A stretch of 64,000 nt of DNA from an uncultured Alphaproteobacteria bacterium (GCA_947085465.1 CAMTWQ010000025.1:7691-71690); one strand, 5' to 3'; counted from the first letter of the stretch, positions 18,110 to 27,983 are shown. The notes: a model not told the origin generated them from the sequence alone. Numbers and translations: made by a program.

Positions 18110-20806
18110 TCAGCCTTGCTCCGATTTTTCAGCAAGCGCTGCGTGCGCCGCCGCCAGCCGCGCAATAGGAACCCGGAACGGCGAGCAGGAAACGTAATCA
18201 AGCCCGGCGCGATGACAGAAATTCACCGAAGCCGGGTCGCCGCCATGCTCCCCACAAATGCCAAGCTTGAGATCGGGGCGCGTGGCGCGGCCACGTTCAA
18301 AGGCGATGTGGATTAGTTCGCCCACGCCTTCCTGATCCAGGGTGACAAACGGATCCTGCTCGAAGATTCCGGCCTTTAGATAGTCCTTCAGGAAGATCGC
18401 TGAATCATCACGGCTGATGCCAAACGTGGTCTGAGTCAGATCATTGGTGCCAAAGCTGAAAAACTCCGCTTCCTGCGCGATCTCGCCGGCTCGTAATGCG
18501 GCGCGCGGCAATTCGATCATGGTGCCGATCTGATAGTTTAACGCCGCGCCGGTTTCCTTGCTCACTGCTTCGGCGATGGCGATGATGCGCGCCCTGAGTA
18601 TCGCCAGCTCCTTGCGGGTGGCGATTAGCGGCACCATGATTTCCGGGCGCACCGGCGCGCCAGAGGATTTCGCAGCGGCAATCGCCGCCTCAAAAATCGC
18701 CCGCGCCTGCATTTCATAAATTTCCGGATAGGAAATGCCGAGCCGCGCGCCGCGATGCCCGAGCATCGGATTGGATTCGGCCAGCGCCGCCGCCTGGTTG
18801 CGCAGCCGGGCGATGTCCACGCCGGCGGCTGCGGCCACCTGGGTGAACTCCGCATCGGATTTTGGAAGGAATTCATGCAATGGCGGATCTAGCAAACGGA
18901 TCGTCACCGGCAAACCCGCCATGATTTCAAACAGGGCGGTAAAATCCGCCCGTTGCATTGGCAGGATTTTAGCCAGCGCCGAGCGCCTGCCCGCTTCGTC
19001 CGCCGCAAGGATCATTTCGCGCATGGCGACCAGGCGCTCCGCATCGAAAAACATATGTTCGGTGCGGCACAGACCGATGCCCTCCGCGCCAAACCGGCGC
19101 GCGGTGCGCGCGTCTTCGGGGGTTTCCGCATTGGCGCGCACGCCCAGGCGGCGGTGCTTGTCCGCCCAAGCCATCAGTTCGCCGAAATCGCCGCTCATGG
19201 CGGGCTGCACCACGCGAACGCCTCCAAGAATGACTTCGCCCGATGCGCCGTCAATGGTGATGATCTCGCCCTCATGGATTTTTTGTGCATCGACGGAAAA
19301 GAAGCCGCCCGCATAATCGACACGAATTGCGCCAGCGCCCGAAACACAGGGCCGCCCCATGCCGCGTGCAACCACTGCGGCGTGACTGGTCATGCCGCCA
19401 CGGCTGGTTAAAATACCGGCGGCCACATGCATGCCGTGAATGTCTTCGGGGCTGGTTTCCGTACGCACCAGAATCACCTTGCGCCCGTTTGCCGCCCATT
19501 GCTCCGCCTTGTCAGGGGTGAACACAACTTCGCCAGTTGCGGCCCCCGGCGATGCGGGCAGGCCCCTGGTCAGCACATTGCGGGGGGCCTTTGGATCAAG
19601 GCTTGGATGCAGCAATTGATCGAGCGACATGGGATCAATGCGTAAAACCGCTTGCGCCTCGGTGATCAGGCCCTCACGCGCCATATCGACGGCAATCTTC
19701 AGCGCCGCGGCCGTGGTGCGCTTGCCGTTACGGGTTTGCAGCATCCACAGCTTGCCCTTTTCCACCGTGAACTCAATATCCTGCATATCGCGGTAATGCG
19801 CTTCCAGCCGCTGATAGATGGTGGTCAGTTCGGCGAATACGGCGGGCATGTTTTCTTCCAGGGATTTGTGGGTCTCGCCCGCAAGTTCGCGCGCCTGGCG
19901 GGTCAGATATTGCGGGGTGCGGATGCCCGCCACCACGTCCTCGCCCTGCGCGTTAATCAGATATTCGCCGTAAAATTCCTTGGCGCCGTTTGAGGGATTA
20001 CGGGTAAAGGCGACGCCGGTGGCGCTATCCTCGCCCATATTGCCAAACACCATGGCCTGCACGTTAACAGCCGTGCCCCAATTATCAGGAATGCCATGAA
20101 TGCGGCGATAGGTGCGCGCGCGCGCCGATTCCCATGAGCTGAACACCGCGCCGATCGCGCCCCATAATTGCGCGTTCACGTCCTGCGGGAATGGCGTATC
20201 GGTTTCATTGCCAACAATTTCCTTATAGTCATCGATCACTTCGCGCCAGTCATCGGCGCTTAGCTCCGTATCCTGGTTGACGCCGATGCCGTTCTTATGC
20301 CGCTCCAGCGCATCCTCGAACAGGTGATGCTCAACGCCCAGCACCACATCGGAATACATGTGAATGAAGCGGCGGTAGCTGTCATAGGCAAAACGCAGAT
20401 CACCGGATTCCACCGCAAGCCCTGCAACGGTTTCATCATTCAGTCCCAGATTAAGCACCGTATCCATCATCCCCGGCATCGAGGCGCGCGCGCCGGAACG
20501 GATGGATAGCAACAGCGGTTTTTTAGCGTCCCCCAACCGCCGCGCGGTCAATGCGCTCACCCGATCCAGCGCCGCCGCGACCTGTTGTTGCAGATTGTCT
20601 GGATAGGATTTTTGATTGGCGTAAAACGCAGTGCAAACTTCCGTGCTGAGGGTAAAACCTGGCGGCACGGGTATGCCAAGGCTGCTCATCTCGGCCAAAT
20701 TGGCGCCCTTGCCGCCGAGAAGATCGCGCATGGCGCTTGATCCCTCGGCCGCGCCCGCGCCGAATGTGTAGACCCATTTGGTTTGCTGAGATGTATTCCC
20801 GGACAT
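18110..20806 (-). CDS. ppdK: Pyruvate, phosphate dikinase
   Basis: 898 aa. GGKGANLAEM, TSRGGMTSHAAVVARG phospho-His region, FFSFGTNDLTQ PEP-utilising C-terminal domain. Confidence 0.95.
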   Translation of the reverse strand: MSGNTSQQTKWVYTFGAGAAEGSSAMRDLLGGKGANLAEMSSLGIPVPPGFTLSTEVCTAFYANQKSYPDNLQQQVAAALDRVSALTARRLGDAKKPLLLSIRSGARASMPGMMDTVLNLGLNDETVAGLAVESGDLRFAYDSYRRFIHMYSDVVLGVEHHLFEDALERHKNGIGVNQDTELSADDWREVIDDYKEIVGNETDTPFPQDVNAQLWGAIGAVFSSWESARARTYRRIHGIPDNWGTAVNVQAMVFGNMGEDSATGVAFTRNPSNGAKEFYGEYLINAQGEDVVAGIRTPQYLTRQARELAGETHKSLEENMPAVFAELTTIYQRLEAHYRDMQDIEFTVEKGKLWMLQTRNGKRTTAAALKIAVDMAREGLITEAQAVLRIDPMSLDQLLHPSLDPKAPRNVLTRGLPASPGAATGEVVFTPDKAEQWAANGRKVILVRTETSPEDIHGMHVAAGILTSRGGMTSHAAVVARGMGRPCVSGAGAIRVDYAGGFFSVDAQKIHEGEIITIDGASGEVILGGVRVVQPAMSGDFGELMAWADKHRRLGVRANAETPEDARTARRFGAEGIGLCRTEHMFFDAERLVAMREMILAADEAGRRSALAKILPMQRADFTALFEIMAGLPVTIRLLDPPLHEFLPKSDAEFTQVAAAAGVDIARLRNQAAALAESNPMLGHRGARLGISYPEIYEMQARAIFEAAIAAAKSSGAPVRPEIMVPLIATRKELAILRARIIAIAEAVSKETGAALNYQIGTMIELPRAALRAGEIAQEAEFFSFGTNDLTQTTFGISRDDSAIFLKDYLKAGIFEQDPFVTLDQEGVGELIHIAFERGRATRPDLKLGICGEHGGDPASVNFCHRAGLDYVSCSPFRVPIARLAAAHAALAEKSEQG

Positions 20807-20808
20807 GA

Positions 20809-22845
20809 TTACCCTTCGATTTTTCCAAAATCCGCAACCAGTTCCAGCGCCGCGCGGATTTGCGACAGCAACCGCAGCCGGTTAACGCGCAGAGCCGGAT
20901 CGATGGCGTTTACGGTTACCTTATCAAAAAATCCGTCAACCGGCGCGCGTAATTGCGCCAGCGCCGACATGGCGGCGGAAAAATCCTCGCGTGTAACCGC
21001 TGCCTCCGCCTCGGTCGCCGCAATGGAGATCGCCTCGAACAATGCGCGTTCCTCTGCTTCCCGGAACAATGCCGGGTCGGCAAGGCCGTCATACTTTGCA
21101 CTGTCGCGTTTTTCCTCGATGCGCAGAATATTAACGCCGCGCTTGTATGCGGCAAGCAGATTGGCGCCATCATCGGAGCGCACGAATGTATCCAGCGCAT
21201 CGGCGCGCGCGATCAGCAGCACCAGATCGTCCTGGCCGCCCAGCGCGAACACCGCATCGATCAAATCATGCCGTACAGGGTTCCTGGGGCGCTCCCGCAA
21301 ATGCACCTTTAGCCGGTCGGCGAAAAAGTTGAGCAGATCATCCGCCTGCGCTGCAAATATTGGCGCTAGCCGCAGCCGCAGCTTGTTTTCCAGAATAATA
21401 CGGATGACGCCAAGTGCTGCGCGGCGCAGCGCAAACGGGTCTTTCGATCCAGTCGGTTTTTCATCGATCCGCCAAAAGCTGATCAGCGTGTCGATCTTGT
21501 CGGCCAGCGCCAGCGTCACGGATAGGGGCGCGGCTGGACATGCATCGGATGGCCCGGCTGGCGAATAATGTTCCCGGATCGCATCCGCCACCGCCGGGTT
21601 TTCCCCATCGGCCAGGGCGTAATACCGGCCCATGACGCCCTGCAATTCTGGAAACTCTCCCACCATTCCCGTCACCAAGTCGCTCTTGGCGAGCAATGCC
21701 GCGCGCGCTGCAAGTATTTTATCCGTCCCCGGAATAGTTCCGGCAAGGCTTTCAGCCAGCTTTATATTGCGCGCAACCTTTTCCCGCACACTGCCAAGCC
21801 TGGCGTGAAAAACCATGCCGTTCAGGCCATCAAGGCGGCTTTCCAGGGTGAGCTTGCGGTCCTGGTCCCAAAAGAATTTCGCGTCCGACAGGCGCGCGGC
21901 AAGCACGCGCTGATTGCCATCGATGATCATCTTGCCGCCGTCCGCCGCAATGATATTGGCGACAGTGATAAAACGCGGCGCAAGCCTACCGCTATTGGAA
22001 TCGCGTAAAGAAAAGTACTTCTGATGGCTGCGCATGGCGGTGGTTAGCACTTCTGGAGGAACCGCGAGAAAGGCCGCGTCAAACCGCCCCATCAAAACTA
22101 CGGGCCACTCATTGAGGCCTGTCACCTCATCAAGCAATCCCTTATCTTCAATCAGCTCCAGCCCATTATCCCTTGCCAGTGCTTGCGCGTCATGCAGGAT
22201 GCGCGTCTTGCGCGTGATCGGATCAAGACAGACAAACGCCTTTTCCAGCGCGCCGGAATATTCCGAAAAATCCTGTACACGGAGTATATCCGGCGCCATG
22301 AACCGGTGCCCGCGCGTGATATCCCCCGCTTGAACACCATCAATTTCAAATGACACCGGCGCGCCGTCAAAACAGCACAGGATTGAATGCAGCGGCCGCA
22401 CCCAGCGCAAACCGCCATCACCCCAGCGCATGCTTTTGGGCCACGGAAACTCACGCACCGTCTGCGTGACAAGCTCTGTGATCACCTGGGTTGACGGGCG
22501 GCCCTCGCGTTTGGTCACGGCGAAATAAAATTCCGCCTTGCCCACTGTGCGTATTTCGGCCTGCGCCAGGCTAATGCCGGTGGAATTTAAAAACCCCGCC
22601 ACCGCATTTTCTGGCGCGCCAACCCGTGGCCCCTTGCGTTCTTCATCGCGGTCCGGCTGCGCGGCGGGAACGCCTTTAGCCACCAGGCATAAACGGCGCG
22701 GTGTGACATAGCTATGCAAAGCATCAAACGCCAGATCCGCGGCGCGCAAGCCATCGCCGATCAGGCGGCGCAAATCATCGGCCGCCCGCGCCTGCATGCG
22801 GGCGGGAATTTCTTCGGAAAAAAGTTCGAGTAAAAGCTCCGGCAC
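20809..22845 (-). CDS. glyS: Glycine--tRNA ligase beta subunit
   Basis: 678 aa. MPELLLELFSEEIPARMQ N-terminus. Directly follows glyQ. Confidence 0.93.
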   Translation of the reverse strand: MPELLLELFSEEIPARMQARAADDLRRLIGDGLRAADLAFDALHSYVTPRRLCLVAKGVPAAQPDRDEERKGPRVGAPENAVAGFLNSTGISLAQAEIRTVGKAEFYFAVTKREGRPSTQVITELVTQTVREFPWPKSMRWGDGGLRWVRPLHSILCCFDGAPVSFEIDGVQAGDITRGHRFMAPDILRVQDFSEYSGALEKAFVCLDPITRKTRILHDAQALARDNGLELIEDKGLLDEVTGLNEWPVVLMGRFDAAFLAVPPEVLTTAMRSHQKYFSLRDSNSGRLAPRFITVANIIAADGGKMIIDGNQRVLAARLSDAKFFWDQDRKLTLESRLDGLNGMVFHARLGSVREKVARNIKLAESLAGTIPGTDKILAARAALLAKSDLVTGMVGEFPELQGVMGRYYALADGENPAVADAIREHYSPAGPSDACPAAPLSVTLALADKIDTLISFWRIDEKPTGSKDPFALRRAALGVIRIILENKLRLRLAPIFAAQADDLLNFFADRLKVHLRERPRNPVRHDLIDAVFALGGQDDLVLLIARADALDTFVRSDDGANLLAAYKRGVNILRIEEKRDSAKYDGLADPALFREAEERALFEAISIAATEAEAAVTREDFSAAMSALAQLRAPVDGFFDKVTVNAIDPALRVNRLRLLSQIRAALELVADFGKIEG

Positions 22846-22846
22846 C

Positions 22847-23746
22847 TTATTCCTCCACCGCCTCGCCCTGGCTTTTCAGCCAGGCGCCCGCGCACCCCTT
22901 GGACAGGGCGCGGACGCGGCCAATATAGGCGGCGCGCTCGGTGACGCTGATCACGCCGCGCGCATCAAGCAAGTTGAACATGTGGCTGGTTTTCAGCATC
23001 TGGTCATAAGCTGGCAGGGCCAGGCCATGAGCTAAAAGCGCGGCGCATTCTTTTTCAGCATCGGCAAAATGCCGCAGCAATAATTCCGTATCCGCATGTT
23101 CAAAATTATAGGCGGAAAATTCGCGCTCCGCCTGCAAGAACACGTCGCCATACAGAACGCCACGGCCATTATATTCCAGCTCATAGACACTATCCTTACC
23201 CTGAACATATTGCGTCAGCCGTTCCAGGCCGTAGGTCAATTCACCCGACGCGGGCCTGCAATCAAACCCGCCGACTTGTTGAAAATACGTGAACTGGCTG
23301 ACCTCCATGCCATCGCACCAAACTTCCCAGCCCAGCCCCCAGGCGCCCAGGGTGGGGTTTTCCCAATCATCCTCGACAAACCGTATATCGTGCAGGTTGG
23401 GATCAATACCGATTGCATACAGGCTTTGCAGGTACAGTTCCTGAATGTCGAGCGGCGAGGGTTTCAGGATCACCTGAAACTGATAATAATGCTGCAAGCG
23501 GTTGGGGTTCTCGCCATAGCGTCCGTCTTTGGGGCGGCGCGAGGGCTGCACATAGGCGGCGTTCCATGGCTTTGGCCCAAGGGCGCGCAATGTGGTTGCG
23601 GGGTGCGAGGTGCCCGCGCCAACCTCCATATCATAAGGTTGCAGGATGACGCAGCCCTGCGCGCTCCAATACCGCTGCAAGGTGAAGATCACATCCTGAA
23701 ACGATAGAGTTGCCTGGGCGGCGGTGTTCGACATGCGTGATCCCAC
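22847..23746 (-). CDS. glyQ: Glycine--tRNA ligase alpha subunit
   Basis: 299 aa. [24 protein letters not shown]...[23 protein letters not shown]. Confidence 0.95.
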   Translation of the reverse strand: MGSRMSNTAAQATLSFQDVIFTLQRYWSAQGCVILQPYDMEVGAGTSHPATTLRALGPKPWNAAYVQPSRRPKDGRYGENPNRLQHYYQFQVILKPSPLDIQELYLQSLYAIGIDPNLHDIRFVEDDWENPTLGAWGLGWEVWCDGMEVSQFTYFQQVGGFDCRPASGELTYGLERLTQYVQGKDSVYELEYNGRGVLYGDVFLQAEREFSAYNFEHADTELLLRHFADAEKECAALLAHGLALPAYDQMLKTSHMFNLLDARGVISVTERAAYIGRVRALSKGCAGAWLKSQGEAVEE

Positions 23747-23771
23747 TGATCAAGTAACGTTGGGTGATATT

Positions 23772-23890
23772 CTAGACCATTTCCTGATCGGATTGAATCA
23801 ATCCGATCAGGATAAAAATGGTCTAGCACATTCAATCAGAGCCTTTCTTATCCGGTCAGGTTGCTTCAACCTGACCGGGAAAGGCTCTAG
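23772..23890 (+). repeat. Double-hairpin intergenic repeat, copy 2 (between sppA and glyQ)
   Basis: Same two-hairpin unit as 15240-15352, with a 4-nt bulge (ataa) in hairpin 1. Bounded by ctaga...tctag. Confidence 0.9.
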
Positions 23891-23924
23891 CTATAAATCT
23901 ATTAACTAAACGGTCAAGCCCGCT

Positions 23925-24815
23925 TCAAAGACCAAGCCGGCTCCACCACAGGCGCGCCTCGATGGCGCCAAGCAGATCATCCGCCCATCCAGTGCTAAGG
24001 TTGTATCCCCTGCCGGCGCCAGCGCCCGCCCCGCGCCGCCACCATGGGCGCGACGCAGAAATGGGGCGCAGCACCACATCCTCGCCATAACGCGCGCGCA
24101 GTATCGTGCGCACATCGCCGACGCCATCAATCAGGCCAAGCTCAAGCGCGCGTCCGGCGGTCCAGAATTCACCTGAAAACAGCCGCGCATCGTCACCCCG
24201 CAAGCGCTCGCCCCGGCGCTCGCGCACCAAGCGCTTGAAGCCCTCGTGAATATCCTTCTGCAAGGCCAGCAGGCGCTCCACGTCCCCGGGATTTTCCGGC
24301 TGAAACGGATCGAGCATGGCCTTGTTCTCGCCCGCCGTATGCATGCGGCGTTCTATGCCCAGCTTATCAATCAGTCCGGTAAAACCAAATCCCGCCGAGA
24401 TCACGCCGATCGAACCGATAATAGAGTATGGATCAGCAAAGATTTCATCGGCGGCGATGGCCAGCATATAGCCGCCGCTTGCCGCTGCATCCTCTGTAAA
24501 GGCGAACACCGGCACGTCTTTTTCATACGCAAAGGCGCGAATGCGTTTATGGATCAGGCTTGATTGCGCAGGCGAGCCGCCTGGTGAATTTATCACCAGG
24601 GCCACAGCCTTTAAGCAGGGCAAGGAAAACGCCGCCTCAATCAGCTTTGACGTGCCCGCAATATTCAGGCCCCCACCAAATGGCCCAGTAACGCCGCCTG
24701 CGCTGATCATGCCGCTTAGCCGCAGCACAGCGACAATTGGCGGCGGCGTCAATCCTGGAAAATTCGGAAACCGTGCGCTGATCATGTTCATAAGCCTGGA
24801 CAACATTACGCTCAA
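23925..24815 (-). CDS. sppA: S49-family signal peptide peptidase (SppA, 36K type)
   Basis: 296 aa. VINSPGGSPAQS and AASGGYMLA motifs. Confidence 0.8.
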   Translation of the reverse strand: MSVMLSRLMNMISARFPNFPGLTPPPIVAVLRLSGMISAGGVTGPFGGGLNIAGTSKLIEAAFSLPCLKAVALVINSPGGSPAQSSLIHKRIRAFAYEKDVPVFAFTEDAAASGGYMLAIAADEIFADPYSIIGSIGVISAGFGFTGLIDKLGIERRMHTAGENKAMLDPFQPENPGDVERLLALQKDIHEGFKRLVRERRGERLRGDDARLFSGEFWTAGRALELGLIDGVGDVRTILRARYGEDVVLRPISASRPWWRRGAGAGAGRGYNLSTGWADDLLGAIEARLWWSRLGL

Positions 24816-24821
24816 CTACCC

Positions 24822-25631
24822 TCACTCCTGATGTGAAAATTCCAAAGGCTTGGCGTGGCGCAAAACCGCCTCCGCCGCAGCGCTATATTTCGCGGTCCCG
24901 TCATGCAGAACAAGGCCGGGCAGCAACCGCAACGGCGCATCGTTTGCTTTATAGGCGCGCACGATCACCCGCTTGGCCGCCTTGCCCATCCCCGGCCACA
25001 ACGGAAAAACCTCGCATCCCCCTGCGCGGCCCTTCAGCGCCGCCAGCACATCATCCAGCCGGTCCGCCCGGTGGATCAGCGTGATGCACCCAGCGGGCCG
25101 CGCCATGGTGACGGCAAACTTGATCCAGTCGCGCAGATTGGCGCTGGTTTCCTGATGCGCCAGCGCGCGCGCGCTGTTTGGTGACGCTGTTGCCGAGCGC
25201 TGCTCCAGAAAGGGCGGGTTCATAAAAACCTGATGATAGGTGTTGGCGGTGATCCGGTAGGGCGGGGCGGTAATATCGCCGCAATAGATTTCGATATTGT
25301 CCCGAAATCCGTTTCTGATCATATTCTGCCGCGCCAATTCGGCAAGTTCCGGATCGATTTCAATGGCGTCAATGCGAACCCCTGCAACCCGCTTGGCCAG
25401 GCACAGGCTGGCCGCGCCTACACCGCTGCCCCCCTCCAGCGCCAGTTGACCCGCAATGGCTGGCACAGCGGCCGCCAGCAACACCGCATCAACGCCAACC
25501 CGGTGGCCTTTGGTCGGCTGTATAATCTCAAGCCGGCCGCCAAGCAGCTTATCGTCGCTCAGGCTGTCATCCATTTGATTTGACCATGTTTTAAGTATAC
25601 TTCTATGCTCGCCTTGTTCGTGCTCCGTCAA
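24822..25631 (-). CDS. SAM-dependent N6-adenine methyltransferase (TrmN6/YfiC-like)
   Basis: 269 aa. LEGGSGVGAASL motif I and the FMNPPF catalytic motif. The start may be the internal MDDSLSDDKLL. Confidence 0.7.
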   Translation of the reverse strand: MTEHEQGEHRSILKTWSNQMDDSLSDDKLLGGRLEIIQPTKGHRVGVDAVLLAAAVPAIAGQLALEGGSGVGAASLCLAKRVAGVRIDAIEIDPELAELARQNMIRNGFRDNIEIYCGDITAPPYRITANTYHQVFMNPPFLEQRSATASPNSARALAHQETSANLRDWIKFAVTMARPAGCITLIHRADRLDDVLAALKGRAGGCEVFPLWPGMGKAAKRVIVRAYKANDAPLRLLPGLVLHDGTAKYSAAAEAVLRHAKPLEFSHQE

Positions 25632-25648
25632 GCGGGGCGCCTCATATA

Positions 25649-26680
25649 ATGGAGAGTTTCGTGGGAGTAGTTGTACCGCTGAATGGTGAAGAAGCGGGCG
25701 AAAATGGCGCTTTTGAGGCGTTACGCGATCTGGTGGCGGGCGAAATGGTCCGCACCAATGAATTTATCCTCACCCGTATGCATAGCCATGTGCGCATGAT
25801 TCCGGATCTGGCCGGGCATTTGATTGCGTCGGGCGGCAAACGGCTGCGCCCGATGATCACCCTGGCGGTCATGCGCATGTGCGGCTATTCGGGCGACGCG
25901 GATATCAAGCTTGCCGCCAGCGTTGAATTTCTGCACACCGCTACCCTGTTGCATGATGACGTGGTCGATGAAAGCGGCCTTAGGCGCGGTATAGCCACCG
26001 CCAACGTCATTTGGGGCAATCAGGCCAGCGTGCTGGTCGGCGACTTTCTGCTTAGCCGGTCGTTTCAGCTTATGGTTGAGATTGGCTCGCTGCCTATTCT
26101 TGGCGTGTTATCACACGCCGCCAGCACGATTGTGGAGGGCGAAGTGCTGCAAATGGAGCGCGCCAGCGATACGGCCACCACCGAAGACACGTATTTGCGG
26201 ATTATCACCGCCAAGACCGCCACCCTGTTTGCTGCTGCCTGTCAATCGGCGGCGATTATTTCGGGCCAATCGAAAGCCGAAGAAGAGGCGCTTGAATCCT
26301 ACGGCAAAAATCTCGGCATCGCCTTTCAACTGGTTGATGATGTGCTGGACTATTCCGCCAAGCAAGCGGCATTTGGCAAGTCCATTGGCGATGATTTCCG
26401 CGAGGGCAAGATCACCCTGCCAGTGGTGCTGTCATTCCGGCGCGGCAGTGACCCCGAGCGCGCATTTTGGCGCCGGGTGATGGAAGACAAACAACAAGAC
26501 AGCAGCGATATGGCGACGGCGGTGCAGCTAATGCAGCGGCATGGGGCGCTGGCGGACACGGTGGAGCGCGCCCGGCATTATGGCGACATGGCGCGTGATG
26601 CGCTGGCGATCTTTCCAGCATCGAGGGAAAAAACCTGCCTGTCCGGGATTGTCGATTTCTGTATCAACCGCGCCTATTGA
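25649..26680 (+). CDS. ispB: Polyprenyl diphosphate synthase (octaprenyl-diphosphate synthase-like)
   Basis: 343 aa. Two Asp-rich motifs, LLHDDVVDES and FQLVDDVLD. Confidence 0.85.
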   Translation: MESFVGVVVPLNGEEAGENGAFEALRDLVAGEMVRTNEFILTRMHSHVRMIPDLAGHLIASGGKRLRPMITLAVMRMCGYSGDADIKLAASVEFLHTATLLHDDVVDESGLRRGIATANVIWGNQASVLVGDFLLSRSFQLMVEIGSLPILGVLSHAASTIVEGEVLQMERASDTATTEDTYLRIITAKTATLFAAACQSAAIISGQSKAEEEALESYGKNLGIAFQLVDDVLDYSAKQAAFGKSIGDDFREGKITLPVVLSFRRGSDPERAFWRRVMEDKQQDSSDMATAVQLMQRHGALADTVERARHYGDMARDALAIFPASREKTCLSGIVDFCINRAY

Positions 26681-26774
26681 GGGTTTTGGCGGAGCAGGGT
26701 TGCGGACAGGGGCGCCAGCCGTTATAACCCGCCCCTTGCATCCTCCTTCGTTTTTTGCGCTATGGAGGACCAAT

Positions 26775-26851
26775 CGGAGTGTAGCTCAGCCTGGTAGAGC
26801 ACTGCCTTCGGGAGGCAGGGGCCGCAGGTTCAATTCCTGCCACTCCGACCA
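26775..26851 (+). tRNA. tRNA-Pro (anticodon CGG)
   Basis: CGGAGTGTAGCTCAGCCTGGTAGAGCACTGCCTTCGGGAGGCAGGGGCCGCAGGTTCAATTCCTGCCACTCCGACCA. The acceptor CGGAGTG pairs with CACTCCG. Anticodon loop is CUUCGGGAG. It has a GGTTCAATTCC T-arm and an encoded CCA. Confidence 0.9.
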
Positions 26852-26936
26852 CCCTTCGCCCTGCGGGCTTCGGGTGGCTTACGCCGCTTGGCGTAAGACG
26901 CACGGAACCGCACCTTGGGCGTAGGAGGGCTGGAGA
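26845..26936 (+). repeat. 92-bp direct repeat A (starts in the tRNA-Pro 3' acceptor end)
   Basis: ccgaccacccttcgccctgcgggcttcgggtggcttacgccgcttggcgtaagacgcacggaaccgcaccttgggcg... is repeated at 29181-29272 with only 3 mismatches, all near the 3' end. Confidence 0.92.
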
Positions 26937-26940
26937 AAAT

Positions 26941-27183
26941 ATGTTCTACGCTTACTTACTGAGAAGCATCAATTTTCCAGATCAGACGTATATCGGCTTC
27001 ACAGAAGATTTGAAAGCACGCATGAGAGCGCACAATGCCGGTGAATCAAAACACACCTCTAAATTTGCGCCGTGGCGAATTGTCTCTTACCACGCCTTTT
27101 CTGACAAAAGAAAGGCTCAGGAATTCGAGTATTACCTCAAGACCGGTTCTGGAAAGGCGTTTGCGAGCAAGCGATTTTGGTAG
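26941..27183 (+). CDS. GIY-YIG nuclease domain protein (80 aa)
   Basis: MFYAYLLRS...TYIGFTEDLKARMRAHN...FEYYLKTGSG has GIY-YIG-like YAY / YIG blocks plus the conserved R and E. Visibly AT-rich. Confidence 0.75.
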   Translation: MFYAYLLRSINFPDQTYIGFTEDLKARMRAHNAGESKHTSKFAPWRIVSYHAFSDKRKAQEFEYYLKTGSGKAFASKRFW

Positions 27184-27220
27184 TGAAAATTTCAAGGCGT
27201 TGTATTTATTATAATTCAAA

Positions 27221-27276
27221 GGTTCAAATCCTCTGAGGTCGACCACCCTACGCCTTCGGCTTCGGGTTACTGGCTT
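27221..27276 (+). repeat. tRNA 3'-end-like stub plus a degenerate copy of the att-like repeat
   Basis: ggttcaaatcctctgaggtcgacca looks like a T-loop, 3' acceptor strand and CCA. It is followed by ccctacgccttcggcttcgggttactggctt, which is related to the start of repeats A and B. Confidence 0.6.
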
Positions 27277-27284
27277 TAAGCTGA

Positions 27285-27767
27285 TTAATCGCACCACGTA
27301 CGGCGGTAACCGGGGCTATTTATCAGATACATATAATTCATGCTTTCTTTGTGGTCGGTTGGGCCGCTTTGTTTTATAAACGCGCGCTGTTCTTCTCCTG
27401 TATATTCCACGTCCGCAGGGTCGCCAATTTTGTAAAGGAAAGGAAAATAGCCTTCTCCGGAAATCCAGCGCCAGCCCGATACATACTGATCGTTCCACAC
27501 AACCCCATCAATATCCGGCTGCACCACAATATCGCCCTGACTGTTTTTAAGCGCTATCTTCTTTTCAAACCATTGCGTCGCGACAAGACGTGTACCATTG
27601 GGCAGTTGCACACAGCGATATTGGTCATAAAAAATACCGTACGGCACGTACAAGACGGCAAGCGTAAAAAAAGCCGTGCAGACGGTCATATACCATCGCA
27701 ACAGACGGCGAAGCGTATTTCGCGCCATGCGCAGCATCAGGCTCATTATACCAGCTTTCATTTTCAT
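27285..27767 (-). CDS. Membrane-anchored small protein (160 aa); candidate immunity partner of the MuF-domain protein
   Basis: N-terminal basic stretch and one TM helix (MTVCTAFFTLAVLYVPYGIFY), then about 110 soluble residues. It lies downstream and co-directional with 27943-28968. Its ATG directly abuts a remnant of a toxin-like 3' end. Confidence 0.55.
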   Translation of the reverse strand: MKMKAGIMSLMLRMARNTLRRLLRWYMTVCTAFFTLAVLYVPYGIFYDQYRCVQLPNGTRLVATQWFEKKIALKNSQGDIVVQPDIDGVVWNDQYVSGWRWISGEGYFPFLYKIGDPADVEYTGEEQRAFIKQSGPTDHKESMNYMYLINSPGYRRTWCD

Positions 27768-27836
27768 TCAGCCTGCCTCCACATGCAATTCTATCCGCCC
27801 CTGGCCAGCGCCATTCGGCAATTACACAAAATGACG

Positions 27837-27983
27837 TTAGAGCAAAAAATTAAGGTACAGCAGGTACAGAGCGGCAAGCGTACAAAAAGCCGTGCAAACG
27901 ATCCTGTACCATCGCCACATCCAGCGAAGCGCAGCCCGCAGCTTACCTGGAAACAGGCTTTTTATACCGGCTCTCATTTTCAT
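27837..27983 (-). pseudogene. Truncated 48-codon paralog of the N-terminus of the 160-aa protein
   Basis: Hand translation gives MKMRAGIKSLFPGKLRAALRWMWRWYRIVCTAFCTLAALYLLYLNFLL*, compared with MKMKAGIMSLMLRMARNTLRRLLRWYMTVCTAFFTLAVLYVPYG. It overlaps the last 41 nt of the MuF-domain gene in another frame. It is below the size cut-off of the ORF track. Confidence 0.5.

Noticed and set aside
23724-23909. Small ORFs with shared peptide LNQSDQDKNGL.HS.RAFL.RSG.FNLTGKGS (also at 30021-30203, and related frames at 15089-15532).
   Set aside because: The similarity arises only because they read through copies of the same intergenic repeat. They have different lengths and starts and no RBS, so they are repeat artefacts and not a gene family.
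26541-26924. ORFs 26541-26924 and 29117-29359 share HPSPCGLRVAYAAWRKTHGTAPWA.
   Set aside because: The shared peptide is the translation of the 92-bp direct repeat. The first ORF also reads through the tRNA-Pro gene, so it is not a protein-coding paralog pair.
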